Shown: piece by piece, positions 48,143 through 57,896 of the stretch
How positions within the stretch are numbered: the stretch's first letter is position 1
How the letters are laid out: every line of letters begins with the position of its first letter
NCBI GenBank assembly: GCA_963827515.1
Contig: CAWHBF010000021.1
Location: 290,067-354,066 of the forward strand
Direction of reading: 5' to 3'
DNA from: an uncultured Acidobacteriota bacterium
Lineage (GTDB): Bacteria > Acidobacteriota > Vicinamibacteria > Vicinamibacterales > UBA2999
DNA: 64,000 bases
Notes under the pieces: model-generated
Seen by the model: only the letters and a program-made list of their open reading frames with translations
Told to the model about the DNA's origin: nothing
The model's database searches: none
Program-made: the position numbers and the translations under genes

Positions 48143-49891
48143 GACGAGGCCAGCTCCTCTTCGAGCAGCTGCTTCTGATACAGCTCGGCATACACGCCCG
48201 CGGTCCCGACGAGCTGGCTATGGGTGCCCCGCTCGACGATCCGGCCGTCGGCGACGACGAGGATCTGATGGGCCGACCGTATCGTGGACACTCGATGCGA
48301 CACGACGATCGAGGTTCGGTTCCTCATGACGCCGTCCAGCCGCTCGAGGATCTCTTCCTCCGTGTACGTGTCAACGGCTGACAGCGCATCGTCCAGGACG
48401 AGGATCTTGGGATCCACCATCAGCGCGCGTGCAATCGCCGTGCGCTGCTTCTGTCCCCCAGACAGCGTAATCCCCCGTTCACCGACGATCGTGTCGTAGC
48501 CCTTCGGAAAGTTCGGCAGGTCCTTGTCGAGCCGTGCCAGACCGGCCATCTCCTGAGCACGCGGCCGGTGGTCGTGCTCACCACGGGCGCCGAAGGCAAT
48601 GTTCTCGGCGATGGTTGCGCCAAAGAGGAACGGCTCCTGCGGGACGAAGCCGATTGCGCCGCGCAGCACCGAGAGCGGAATCTCACGGACGTCAACGCCA
48701 TCGACGAAGACTGTTCCGGGCGGCGGGTTCCGCAAGCGCACGAGCAGACTGAGCAGCGTGGACTTGCCGGAGCCCGTTCCACCGACGATGGCCGTCGTCG
48801 TGCCCGCCGGGAGCACGGCGTTGACGTCGTGGAGAACCACCTCGTCGCCGTAGGCAAATGTGAGATCCCGGAACTCTACGTGACCTGTGATCTGGCGGGA
48901 ATCAGTGAACTGATCCGTGGCATCGGCATCCGTCACGCCCGGGACGGCATCGAACACGTCCAGCATGCGACTCCACGACGCCATTCCGCGCTGCAGGAGG
49001 TTCGTCACCCAGCCGAAGGCGATCATCGGCCACGTGAGCATCGTCAGGTATGCGTTGAAGGCCACGAGCTCGCCCACGGTGATGCGGCCGGCCACCACTT
49101 CCCGGCTTCCAAGCCAGAGTACCGAGCAGCGCGCCCAGGCCCATGAGGAGGCCCATCATGGGAAAGAACAGCGACTGGATACGAATCAGCCCCCTGTTGC
49201 GCCTGACGTACTCCTCGTTGGCGGCGCTGAATCGCTCGATTTCGAAGGGTTCCTGGCCGTACGCCCGCACGACACGCACGCCGGACAACGTCTCCTGCGT
49301 CATGGCGCTGATCTCGGAGAGCTGCTCCTGGATGAGACCGAACCGCCGGTGAATCGCGTTTCCGCAGACCGCCACCGAGACGGAGAGGAACGGCAGAGGT
49401 ATCAGGGAGTACAGCGTGAGCCAGGGATCGATCGAGATCATCACCGCGATCGCCACGATGAACGTCAGGCCGGTCGTCGTCGAGTACATGACGGCCGGGC
49501 CGATCATCATGCGGACCGCGTTGAGGTCGCTCGTGGCACGCGACATCAGGTCGCCGGTGCGATGCTGCTCGAAGTAGGCCAGATCGAGCCGCTGGAGGTG
49601 GGCAAAAAACTCGTTCCTGAGGTCGTACTCGACGCCGCGCGAGGCGCCGATGATGATGCGGCGCATCACGAAGCGGAACACCCCGCCGATCGCGGCGAGC
49701 GCCAGCAGGGCCAGACCGTAGAACCACAACTTGCCTGCGTCCACCCCGCGAGCCAGGTCGTCCACCGCGTATTTCAGCACCCACGGTCCCGTGAGGGTCA
49801 CGGCCGCCGTGGCTATGACGCACAGAAAACCGAGCGAAAAATCGCGGCGGTAGCGGAGGACGTAGCCCAGCAATCGACGGCCAGGGGACAT
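48139..49891 (-). CDS. ABC exporter, fused permease/ATPase (partner subunit), frameshifted at ~49123
   Basis: The TMD (ORF 48902-49951, start ATG 49891 MSPGRRLLGYVLRY) reads to ...GLGALL. VLWLGSREVVAGRITVGELVAFNAYL... plus the NBD (GGTGSGKST, LSGGQKQR, ILVLDDALS) continue in ORF 48139-49098. 4-nt overlap with the downstream ABC gene. Confidence 0.85.
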
Positions 49892-49934
49892 CTGTATAGT
49901 GTGGCATGCGAGAATGCCCGATATAGCGGTCATC

Positions 49935-50694
49935 ATGCGAACCCGACTCACGCTCGTCGTCCTCTTCCTCTGTACATTTATTCTCGCGGAACCGCGGACG
50001 CTCTACGCCCAGGGCCAGATGGTTGACGTGGGCATCCGGTTCTGGAAACCGTCCCCCGAACTGGTGCTCTCGAGCGGAGGCGTGACCGTCGACTTCGTAC
50101 AGGACTTCGGCCTCGAGGAAGAGTGGTTTCGTGAGTACCCGTGGATCGATCGGCCGCCGCCAGAAGCTGCGGGTCAACTTCGTGAGGTTCGAGTACAACG
50201 CCGAGGCCATTATCGAGCGCACCATCGTGTTCCAGGGTCAGGAATTCACCGTGGGCGCTCCCGTAGCAACCGATGTCAAGTGGGATCAGTGGACGTTCAG
50301 CTACGAATGGGACTTCGTTTCCCGTCCGGGCGGATTCCTGGGTCTGCTGACCGACCTCAGGTACAACAAGGTCGTAGCCTCTATCGACAGTCCGGCGCTC
50401 AGCTCGACGGCGACGACCGACGTCTCGGTGCCGGCACCGGCCTTCGGGTTCATCGGCCGCGGCTACATCGGAGACTGGGCATCGATCACGGGCGAGTTCA
50501 CCGGAATCACGCTGGGCTTCGACGCCTTCGACGGCGAAACGTACGACCTCGATATCTACGGCACCGCGCACTTTGGCCCGCATTTCGGCATCTCAGGTGG
50601 ATACCGTGCGCTGGACATTCACTACGAAGTGGACGACGACATCGGAGACCTGAAGATGAAGGGACCGTACTTCGGCGCCGTGGTCAGTTTCTAG
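49935..50694 (+). CDS. putative outer-membrane beta-barrel protein, frameshifted near 50105-50135
   Basis: Signal sequence MRTRLTLVVLFLCTFILAEPRTLYAQ (frame 0), then the ORF 50131-50694 body with alternating beta-strand pattern and C-terminal ...GPYFGAVVSF. Confidence 0.55.
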
Positions 50695-51428
50695 GGCTTC
50701 CGAGCGACGACCATCAACGAGCTGCCGAACGGTATCCTCATGCGGCGCGCGAACGCCGCTTCGACCCCGACCAGCGTCGTCAGGATCGCGTTCACAGGCG
50801 CAGAGGGCACGGTCAGGTCCGCGTCGCCTCGTGGTTCGCGAAATACCCGCAGCACCCGCTGTAGCGTCCGAACACCGAGCATCAACGGTAGCAGCGACCC
50901 GAAGAGGTAGCTGATCCTCACGACCTCGAGGCCTGCATCCTCAATCAGGCGCGCCGCCCTCTCAGGGGTATAGCGGCGCAGTTCACCCCAGACGTCGCTG
51001 TGATCGCCTCGCAGGAGGTCCATGGCGGTGACGTTCAGCACCACATGCCCGCCGGGCTTCAATAGACGCGCCATCTCCCGGAGCGCCGCGCGGTCGTCCG
51101 GCACGCTCTGAATCACGTCGAACGACGTGGCCAGGTCGAAGCTGCCCGACGTGAACGGGATGTGCTGGATGTCGGCCCGCACGACCGGCCGGCCCACGGC
51201 GCGCGCGCGTCGGATCCCTTCAGGCACCAAATCAAACCCGAACGCGCGCCCGTGCGGTATCAGGAGCGTCTTCAGGTTGAAGCCGGTGCCGCAGCCACAG
51301 TCGATGATGCGCAGGCCCCGGCGCCCAGCGGCGATCTCCTGAATCGCCGGCGCGATGTAGGCTCGAAATCCGTGGAACCAGAAGTGCGTCGCTTCCGCGC
51401 GCGCGGTCAGATCGAGCAGATCGCCCAT
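50691..51428 (-). CDS. class I SAM-dependent methyltransferase
   Basis: IIDCGCGTGFNL (motif I), and FDLATSFDVIQSVPD...LKPGGHVVLNV. Confidence 0.8.
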   Translation of the reverse strand: MGDLLDLTARAEATHFWFHGFRAYIAPAIQEIAAGRRGLRIIDCGCGTGFNLKTLLIPHGRAFGFDLVPEGIRRARAVGRPVVRADIQHIPFTSGSFDLATSFDVIQSVPDDRAALREMARLLKPGGHVVLNVTAMDLLRGDHSDVWGELRRYTPERAARLIEDAGLEVVRISYLFGSLLPLMLGVRTLQRVLRVFREPRGDADLTVPSAPVNAILTTLVGVEAAFARRMRIPFGSSLMVVARKP

Positions 51429-53636
51429 CTAGCGGCGGGCGGACCTGACAGGCAGCGCGCGTTCTCCATAGAGCCGGCGATAGTCGTCCGCAGTCCCTAG
51501 TATCCGTTTCACGTAGTTCTGGGTCTCCGGAAACGGAATGTCGTCGATGAACTCATCCTGGTCGAATCCCGGCCGCTCGGCAATCCACCGTGCGATGCGA
51601 CCCTCGCCGGCGTTGTAGCTCGCCAGGGCGAAATGCGCGCCGCCGAACCGGTCCATGAGGTCCTTGAAGTAGCGCATGCCGAGTTGAACGTTCGTCTCCG
51701 GCTGCGTGAGAAGCCGGCTCGAGTAGCGGATTCCGAGCTTTGACGCGTAGCGCCGTGCCGTCGGCGGAATGAGCTGCATCAGGCCCACGGCGTTGGCCGA
51801 CGAGCGCACGGCGGGCGTGAATGTCGACTCCTGAGCGATGAGGGCCGTCATCAGGTACGGATCGAACTTGTAGCTCTCGGAGTACTTCTTGATGAGCGGC
51901 CAGTAGTCGAGCGGGAAGATGATGCGAAGCACCTCGTCTGGCAGATGCTCGCCGCCGGCCGCCATGAACTGCGGATACGCCCGGCGCATGATGGTGATCG
52001 ATCCGCGTAGGTCTGCAAACCGGTCGGCCGTCTGATCCTGCAGGCCACGGCGATGCCGAATCCAGGCCGTCGTCGCTTGCAGCGCCGAGGAGTCTCCCCA
52101 CGCCCGCTTGGCGTACTCCACTTCTGCGAGCGCCGCGTCATACAGCTCGATAGACGCCAGCGACTTGATCAACGCTTCATTGGGGACGAGCGGGGGCGCC
52201 GCCCCATCGAGGCGATCGGAGACGACGACCGGGCGGACGGGCGCCTCACGGCGAGCGGCGAGCGCGCGCGCCGCCAGCCGTCCGTAGTAGGAGTTCAAGT
52301 AGTCGCCGGCGACGATCCGGTACAGGGCTGACGCAGCGGCCTGGTTGTCCAACTGATCGCGAGACCGCGCTGCCCAGTAGAGCCAAGACGGCCGGTAGTC
52401 GGCTCTCGGAAACGTCGCCGCGGCCGCTTCGAACGTCACGGCGGTTTCGGTGAACCGGCCCTGCTTGTACGCCTGCCACCCGATCTTCCAGGCCGCACGA
52501 TCCGCGTACCGTCCCCGCGGGAAGCGGGTGGCCAGTTCCCTGAATAGACGGTCCGCCTCCTCGTCGTCATCGCCGACAAAGTGCGAGGCGAGATTGTTGA
52601 GCGTCTCTTCCGTCCAGCTGCTGCGGGGGTGATCGGCCGCGAGCGCGCGCGCCAGAGGCACATACCCAGCGCGGTCACCGAGGGTCCGGGTTGCCGTCAA
52701 GTGAAAGAACCGCGCCTCCGCCTCGAAGGGCCCTGGGCGCATGTAGGGCTCGAGCGCCGTCAACGTCGCGCGCGTGCGCTTGAGGTTGAAGTCGCACTGG
52801 ACGATCCGCAGACCGGCCAGGTCCCGGTCGCTGCCCGTCGCGGCCGGGGCCAGCGCGACAAACGCCGCACGCGCCGGCGCCCAGCGGCGAGCCGTGAAGA
52901 GCTGCTCGGCGCGCGCCAGATCGCGCTTCACGCGATCGGGGGTGAGCGTCAGAGACGGGCGAAGACGCGTGATGGCGGCTTCTGTCTCGGCCGCCTTCTC
53001 ACTGAGGGGGAACTCGTAGTGCACACGCTCGTAAGCCTGGACGGCCCCCTCGAGGTCCCCGGCCGCCTCGCGCGCATTGCCCAGAAGAAGGAGCAACTCC
53101 TCCGGCGCGGCGCGCAGTTCACGAACCGCCTGCTCGAGGACCGCGACAGCCCGTTTGGGCGCGTTCTGCGCCATCGCCGATTCTGCCGTCCGCAGCGGCA
53201 GGGCTTCCTTCAGGTAGCCCTCGACTCGCCCGGCGATGACCGAGAACTCCGCGTCTGCTTCGTTCGTACGACCGAGACCGAGCAGTGCGACCCCCGCGTA
53301 ATAGTGGCTGTACGCGAAGAGAGGCGTCGAATCGACTGGTGCGTTTGCGACGAGCGGCAAGCCGGCCGTGAGGCTGTCCGCCTCGATGAGCTTGACGCCC
53401 CGGGCAAACTGCGCGAAACCGCTGTTTCCGCTCTGTGCCAGGCGGGACGGCGCGTCTGGAACCATCCAGTACCGCGACGGCACGGGCAGCGGCGCATGAA
53501 CGGTGTTGGTAACGGGCGCGGGAGATGCTTGAGGGCCGGTGGCCGCCGGGCTCTGAGCCCTGGCACCGACACCAAGGGCCACGCCAATCACGCCGAGGAT
53601 CGCGCCAGCGGTGCGGAACGCTGACGGCGTCACCAC
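51429..53636 (-). CDS. soluble lytic murein transglycosylase (Slt70-like)
   Basis: Signal peptide and a long helical/TPR-like N-domain. C-terminal SLT domain ALIAQESTFTPAVRSSANAVGLMQLIPPTA...ALASYNAGEGRI. Confidence 0.85.
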   Translation of the reverse strand: MVTPSAFRTAGAILGVIGVALGVGARAQSPAATGPQASPAPVTNTVHAPLPVPSRYWMVPDAPSRLAQSGNSGFAQFARGVKLIEADSLTAGLPLVANAPVDSTPLFAYSHYYAGVALLGLGRTNEADAEFSVIAGRVEGYLKEALPLRTAESAMAQNAPKRAVAVLEQAVRELRAAPEELLLLLGNAREAAGDLEGAVQAYERVHYEFPLSEKAAETEAAITRLRPSLTLTPDRVKRDLARAEQLFTARRWAPARAAFVALAPAATGSDRDLAGLRIVQCDFNLKRTRATLTALEPYMRPGPFEAEARFFHLTATRTLGDRAGYVPLARALAADHPRSSWTEETLNNLASHFVGDDDEEADRLFRELATRFPRGRYADRAAWKIGWQAYKQGRFTETAVTFEAAAATFPRADYRPSWLYWAARSRDQLDNQAAASALYRIVAGDYLNSYYGRLAARALAARREAPVRPVVVSDRLDGAAPPLVPNEALIKSLASIELYDAALAEVEYAKRAWGDSSALQATTAWIRHRRGLQDQTADRFADLRGSITIMRRAYPQFMAAGGEHLPDEVLRIIFPLDYWPLIKKYSESYKFDPYLMTALIAQESTFTPAVRSSANAVGLMQLIPPTARRYASKLGIRYSSRLLTQPETNVQLGMRYFKDLMDRFGGAHFALASYNAGEGRIARWIAERPGFDQDEFIDDIPFPETQNYVKRILGTADDYRRLYGERALPVRSARR

Positions 53637-54307
53637 CGGCCTCCGTACGCTTCACGGTTGGCGCTCGACACACCGGACGCCAAGGAGTCAACCGGCGCGC
53701 CAGTGAGATATCGAGCCGTCCGAGCTTCGACCACGAGCCCGGCGAATCGGGTCAGGCGTTCGACGGCTGCCAGCCACGACGGAGTCTCGTCGCCGGCCGA
53801 AGGGGCATCCGCGTAGACAACCGCCGCGACGATGCCTCCGAGCACCACCGGCACCGCCGCCGCGTCGCGCAGATCCGTGCCGTGTGCAAACGACGGCCGA
53901 TCGTCCGCGGGAATGCGGCCAGTCGAAGCGCGGCTGACAACCGAAGTCTTCGTGCTCAGCGCCACACCAAGAAGGCCCTTCGGGTCCAACGGAAGCTCAA
54001 TCGTCTTCGCGTCGGTCACTACCCCACTGAAACCCGAACTGTGCCAACCCTTGAGGCGGCCCGAAGCCACCACCAGCACGACGCTTCGTTCCACTTCACG
54101 ACCTACACAGTCGGCAAGGACGGTCAGCACTTCACCGAACGAGGCCGCTTCGTCCAAGAGTCGCAACGCATCAGTCACCCGCACGTCGGCGGCCCTGGCC
54201 TCGATCGCGATGGTGCCTGCCAACTCGCGCAGCGTGCCATCCAGAGGTGCGCGCACCTGTGCGAGCACCCGCTCGATCGCGTCGCGAACGTGATCGTCTA
54301 ACGCCAC
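53630..54307 (-). CDS. hypothetical protein, GAF-like
   Basis: 226-aa reading from GTG 54307 (VALDDHVRDAIERVL...). The ORF-track N-terminus (MSPRTLKRALYANRK) is translated REP sequence. 7-nt overlap with the slt start. TATAAT lies 10 nt upstream of the GTG. Confidence 0.5.
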   Translation of the reverse strand: MALDDHVRDAIERVLAQVRAPLDGTLRELAGTIAIEARAADVRVTDALRLLDEAASFGEVLTVLADCVGREVERSVVLVVASGRLKGWHSSGFSGVVTDAKTIELPLDPKGLLGVALSTKTSVVSRASTGRIPADDRPSFAHGTDLRDAAAVPVVLGGIVAAVVYADAPSAGDETPSWLAAVERLTRFAGLVVEARTARYLTGAPVDSLASGVSSANREAYGGRW

Positions 54308-54360
54308 GATGTTCTTGATTATACGGCTCGATACGGGTGTCGCGGCACACCTGGTGATGT

Positions 54361-54520
54361 CGCGGCACGCTTTAGACCGCTTTCGATTGGCGTAGAGCGC
54401 ACGCTTTAGCGTGCGCGGAGACAAGTGAGGCGCATCGCGTTAGCCGTGCGCCTTGGCGGAAGAGACGCGTTCTAGCGTGCGCGGGCGTGATGTAGAGCGC
54501 ATGCTTTAGCGTGCGCGGGT
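54361..54520. repeat. cluster of ~5 REP-like units
   Basis: Includes two near-consensus copies: gcgtagagcgcacgctttagcgtgcgcggagac (54391-) and gatgtagagcgcatgctttagcgtgcgcgggtgac (54490-). Confidence 0.8.
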
Positions 54521-54540
54521 GACCAACCGTCGCGTATCCG

Positions 54541-55881
54541 TCAGTTGAACGACGGCACTGGAAAGAGCAGGCCGCCGAACAGCAGGTACGCGAAGATGAG
54601 CGTCACGACGACGTTGAAGGCCTGGGCGCCGAGGAATGCGACGACGGGCCGCCCGCCTCCCAATCGCGCGAGATCGCCGAACGATGTTTCCAGGCCTATC
54701 GAGAGGAATGCCAGCGCGAACCATCCCGTGCGGACAGCGTTAAGGAGCGGGCGCGTGTCGCTCACGGCGGCCGCCGGCACGAGAAACGAGAAGACCAGCG
54801 ACACCGCAAGAAAGCCGAGGACGAACTTGGGAAACCGTTCCCAGATCACGCCCGCGCTCACCTGCTGCGACCCGCTCCCGCCGCTGCGCATAGACCACCA
54901 CACCGTGAGGAGGAACGCGGCCACGCCGATCAGCACGTTCTGCGAGAGCTTGACCACCACCGCGGCGTTTCGGGCTTGCTCGCCGACCAGTTCCCCTGCC
55001 GCGACGACGGCCGCGCTCGTGTCGAGCGTGCCGCCGAGCCACGCGCCAGACACCGCGTCAGGCATGCCCGTGACCCGCGACACCCACGGCATCACGAGCA
55101 TCATCGGCACCGCGACCACCAGCACCAGCGACGTGACGTACGAGAGCTTCTTGCGGTCGCCCTGAATGGCCCCGCACGTGGCAATCGCGGCCGACACGCC
55201 ACAAATCGACACCGCCGACGAGAGCATCGTCGCCAGCTCGTCGTCGATGTTCAGGCGCTTGGCCAGCCAGAAGGAAAAAGACCAGACGGTGATCACGACC
55301 ACGAGCGCCTGAGCGATGCCAAGGAGTCCGGCCTCGACCAGCTCCGAGAAGAGGACACTTGCGCCAAGGATGACGAGTCCGATCTTGATGTAGTACTCGG
55401 CCTGAATCGCTCCGGCAAACCAACGGCGCAGGGGCGTCGCTTGTCCAAGGACCAGTCCGATGATCAGCGCAAAGATGACGTATTCGAGGCCCACCGCACT
55501 CGAACCCGAGAATCCCGCAAGAATTTGCGCGAACAAGGCCAGACCGTACAACGCGGCAAATCCGCCGATGAAAGGAACCACGGGGGTACGCATGAGGTGC
55601 GCACCGATGGCCGCCGGAACGAGCAAGAGCACGCCGAGCAACAGCCACCGGGACATGTTGGCTGACGTGAAGACCGTCGCGGAGAGATCGACCGGTGTGC
55701 CCCACCCGAATCGAGGGACGGCCGGTCGAACGCCGGCGATAACCAGCAGGATGATCGCGGCGCCAATCCAGACGGCGACCCAATCTTCATGAAGCGGCGA
55801 GCCGCTCTTTGACTCTCGAGCGACCGTGGCTTGGGAAGCGGCGGTCGTGGCGGCTGTGGGCATGAAGGGCAATATTGACAT
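54541..55881 (-). CDS. YeiH/UPF0324-family integral membrane protein (putative sulfate exporter family)
   Basis: About 10-11 TM segments with a sequence style typical of UPF0324 (…IFALIIGLVLG…, …KIGLVILGASV…). Start at ATG 55881 or 55863. Confidence 0.6.
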   Translation of the reverse strand: MSILPFMPTAATTAASQATVARESKSGSPLHEDWVAVWIGAAIILLVIAGVRPAVPRFGWGTPVDLSATVFTSANMSRWLLLGVLLLVPAAIGAHLMRTPVVPFIGGFAALYGLALFAQILAGFSGSSAVGLEYVIFALIIGLVLGQATPLRRWFAGAIQAEYYIKIGLVILGASVLFSELVEAGLLGIAQALVVVITVWSFSFWLAKRLNIDDELATMLSSAVSICGVSAAIATCGAIQGDRKKLSYVTSLVLVVAVPMMLVMPWVSRVTGMPDAVSGAWLGGTLDTSAAVVAAGELVGEQARNAAVVVKLSQNVLIGVAAFLLTVWWSMRSGGSGSQQVSAGVIWERFPKFVLGFLAVSLVFSFLVPAAAVSDTRPLLNAVRTGWFALAFLSIGLETSFGDLARLGGGRPVVAFLGAQAFNVVVTLIFAYLLFGGLLFPVPSFN

Positions 55882-55924
55882 TATTTCGGCCGCCACAGTA
55901 GCCTCCCCTCTGCCCCGCCTGGCC

Positions 55925-55993
55925 GTGTAGAGCGCCAGTGTAGAGCGCACACTTTAGTGTGCGCGGAGCAGCGCTTTAGCGTGCGCGGACAGG
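55925..55993. repeat. 2-3 REP-like units
   Basis: gtgtagagcgccag tgtagagcgcacactttagtgtgcgcggagc agcgctttagcgtgcgcggacagg. Confidence 0.8.
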
Positions 55994-55994
55994 C

Positions 55995-56639
55995 GTGAAC
56001 CGACGTTTGATTCCCGTGAACCCCAACTCCCGACACCTCCTGGTCGCCGCACTCCTCTCCCTTGCCTCCTCGTCCCCCGCGCACGCACAGAGCGAAGCCG
56101 AGATTCTCGTGGCTGCCATGCAGGATGGCGGCAAGGTGATCTATCTGCGGCACGCGGCCACCAACCAGAACGAGGTGGATACCGGCCGCCTGGGCGATCG
56201 CGCCGGCCAGCGCAACCTGTCGCCTGCCGGCATCGAGCAGGCGAAGGAGATCGGACGCGCATTTTCCGCGCTTCGCATCCCCGTCAACGAGGTACTCGCC
56301 AGCCCCGTCTTCCGTGCGCGCGACACCGCCGAACTCGCGTTCGGCGAGGACCGCGTGATGGTGACCATGGACATCGTGGCGGATGAGTATGCCGGGTCAC
56401 AACTCCGGCAGATGCTCGACGCCATGCCACGATTGCTTCGCACGCGAGCTGGTCCAGGCATGAACCGCATCATGGTGGGCCACCGGACGCCGCTCGAGAT
56501 GGTGATGAAGCGGTCGTTCCCCGACACCGTGCTGCCCGAGGGCGGGATGGCCGTCTTCCAGCCTGGCGAGGACACGCCGCGACTGCTGGGCACCATCTCC
56601 GGCGCGCGGTTCATCCAGTCCGCAAACTCCCGCCGTTGA
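55995..56639 (+). CDS. histidine phosphatase family protein (SixA/PGM-like), secreted
   Basis: Signal-like N-terminus. VIYLRHAATNQNE has the RH(A/G) catalytic motif, followed by ...LSPAGIEQAKEIGRAF...VGHRTP. Confidence 0.65.
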   Translation: MNRRLIPVNPNSRHLLVAALLSLASSSPAHAQSEAEILVAAMQDGGKVIYLRHAATNQNEVDTGRLGDRAGQRNLSPAGIEQAKEIGRAFSALRIPVNEVLASPVFRARDTAELAFGEDRVMVTMDIVADEYAGSQLRQMLDAMPRLLRTRAGPGMNRIMVGHRTPLEMVMKRSFPDTVLPEGGMAVFQPGEDTPRLLGTISGARFIQSANSRR

Positions 56640-56653
56640 CCCCTATCCGCGTC

Positions 56654-56790
56654 GTGGAGCGCACGCTTCGCGTGCGCGGACCGTATACGCGCCTTCCCCG
56701 CGCGAACTCCGTCTCCTGTAGAGCGCACTCCGGTAGAGCGCACGCTTTAGCGTGCGCGGACACGGCGGACGCCGCCGCGAGAGGACCGTG
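56654..56790. repeat. 3-4 REP-like units upstream of ssrA
   Basis: gtggagcgcacgcttcgcgtgcgcggacc; ctgtagagcgcactcc-ggtagagcgcacgctttagcgtgcgcggacacgg; gtgcgcggacaaatggcggac. Confidence 0.8.
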
Positions 56791-56874
56791 CGCGGACAAA
56801 TGGCGGACATGGCCGTGTGACGCACCCCCGCCGACCGATCGCGTACAATAGAGGTGCGCTGCTGTACACCAGTT

Positions 56875-57229
56875 GGGGGCGACTTTGGCTTCGACGGGGG
56901 TAGAGAATCGCGGGATGCATGCCGAGCTCCATTGACTCGTAAAACCGATGGAACATCCGTTAACTGCGGATTCTAACTACGCTCTCGCAGCCTAATAAGC
57001 TGTGAGCGTCTGCCCTGACCTCGCCTGGTGGTTGGGGGTCAGACGCCATTAAACAGGCTGGCTTTCGGATGGCGGCTCGGCGTCCGAGGGTGAGAAATAC
57101 CGGGTCTGGTGTCCGGCGGTTTTTGGCCGCTTCCTCACGCCGGGCATGAGAAATCAGAAGCGGACACGCATGTAGAGTCCTACGAGGACATACTTTCGGA
57201 CGCGGGTTCGACTCCCGCCGCCTCCACCA
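56875..57229 (+). ncRNA. ssrA: tmRNA (transfer-messenger RNA), tag peptide ADSNYALAA
   Basis: 5' GGGGGCGACTTTGGCTTCGACGGGGG pairs with 3' ...GGACGCGGGTTCGACTCCCGCCGCCTCCACCA (acceptor stem with G3:U70, T-arm GCGGG-TTCGACT-CCCGC, CCA). Tag ORF is GCG GAT TCT AAC TAC GCT CTC GCA GCC TAA TAA at 56966-56998. Confidence 0.95.
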
Positions 57230-57358
57230 TCTCTAAGCTATTAGCGTACAAAGGCTTAGTCGATTCACACGCCTCCTAGTTTGGTTCAAATCAGGTACAG
57301 CGCGCCGACACGGCGTGCGCGGCCTCGATCTAAGTGACTGAGGCCACGGCCTTTGTTG

Positions 57359-57393
57359 TTTCGGACGCCTTACTAGTCTCCCGCCACCTCCAC
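57359..57393 (+). repeat. degenerate direct copy of the tmRNA 3' end (att-like scar)
   Basis: tttcggacgc-cttactagt-ctcccgcc-a-cctccac compared with tmRNA 57194-57227 tttcggacgc-gggttcga-ctcccgcc-g-cctccac. 25 identical positions in three blocks. Confidence 0.55.
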
Positions 57394-57443
57394 AAGCCTG
57401 ACGTCCTTCCTCGCTGAGCGTTGCCCAGCGGTATCATTCACCG

Positions 57444-57731
57444 ATGTCGCTCGAGGCGCTGCGGACACACCGACGAACGATTCTCGAACTGGCGGAGCGT
57501 CACGGTGCACGCAACGTGCGTGTCTTTGGCTCAACGGTTCGTGGAGACGCGAGACCCGATAGCGATATCGACATCCTCGTCGAGGTCGAGCGTGGCCGGA
57601 CGCTCCTCGACGTGATCGCCTTCGAGCAGGACCTCGAGGAGCTCCTCGGACGCTCGGTGGAGGTGTTGACGGATGCTGGACTCAGTCCCTACCTCCAGCA
57701 GCGCATTCTCATAGAAGCCGCAGCGTTGTGA
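57444..57731 (+). CDS. nucleotidyltransferase-domain protein (MNT-type antitoxin)
   Basis: RVFGSTVRGDARPDSDIDILVE carries the GSxxRG...DxD minimal NTase motif. 95 aa. Confidence 0.85.
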   Translation: MSLEALRTHRRTILELAERHGARNVRVFGSTVRGDARPDSDIDILVEVERGRTLLDVIAFEQDLEELLGRSVEVLTDAGLSPYLQQRILIEAAAL

Positions 57732-57871
57732 AGGACGACCTGGTCTATCTGCAGCACATCCGGGATGCACTAGAACGACTCGGCAAGACGGCCCCGTGGC
57801 GGGAATGTAACGGGTTGGGTATGGACGTCCCGAGTGCGACTGTTACGGAGAGCGTCCAACCAGAGCGATGA
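57728..57871 (+). pseudogene. truncated HEPN/DUF86 (HepT-like) toxin remnant, 47 codons
   Basis: A GTGA overlap with the MNT stop leads into VKDDLVYLQHIRDALERLGKTA, which matches the DUF86 N-terminus. The sequence then diverges and stops, so the C-terminal Rx4-6H motif is absent. Confidence 0.6.
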
Positions 57872-57896
57872 CAGCCTTCAAGTGCGGATCGGGTCG

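Noticed and set aside
56844-56849. TACAAT hexamer 25 nt upstream of the tmRNA 5' end as the ssrA promoter.
   Set aside because: This is a plausible -10 element, but no acceptable -35 lies at 16-18 nt, and the region is full of REP units. The evidence is too weak to list as a feature.
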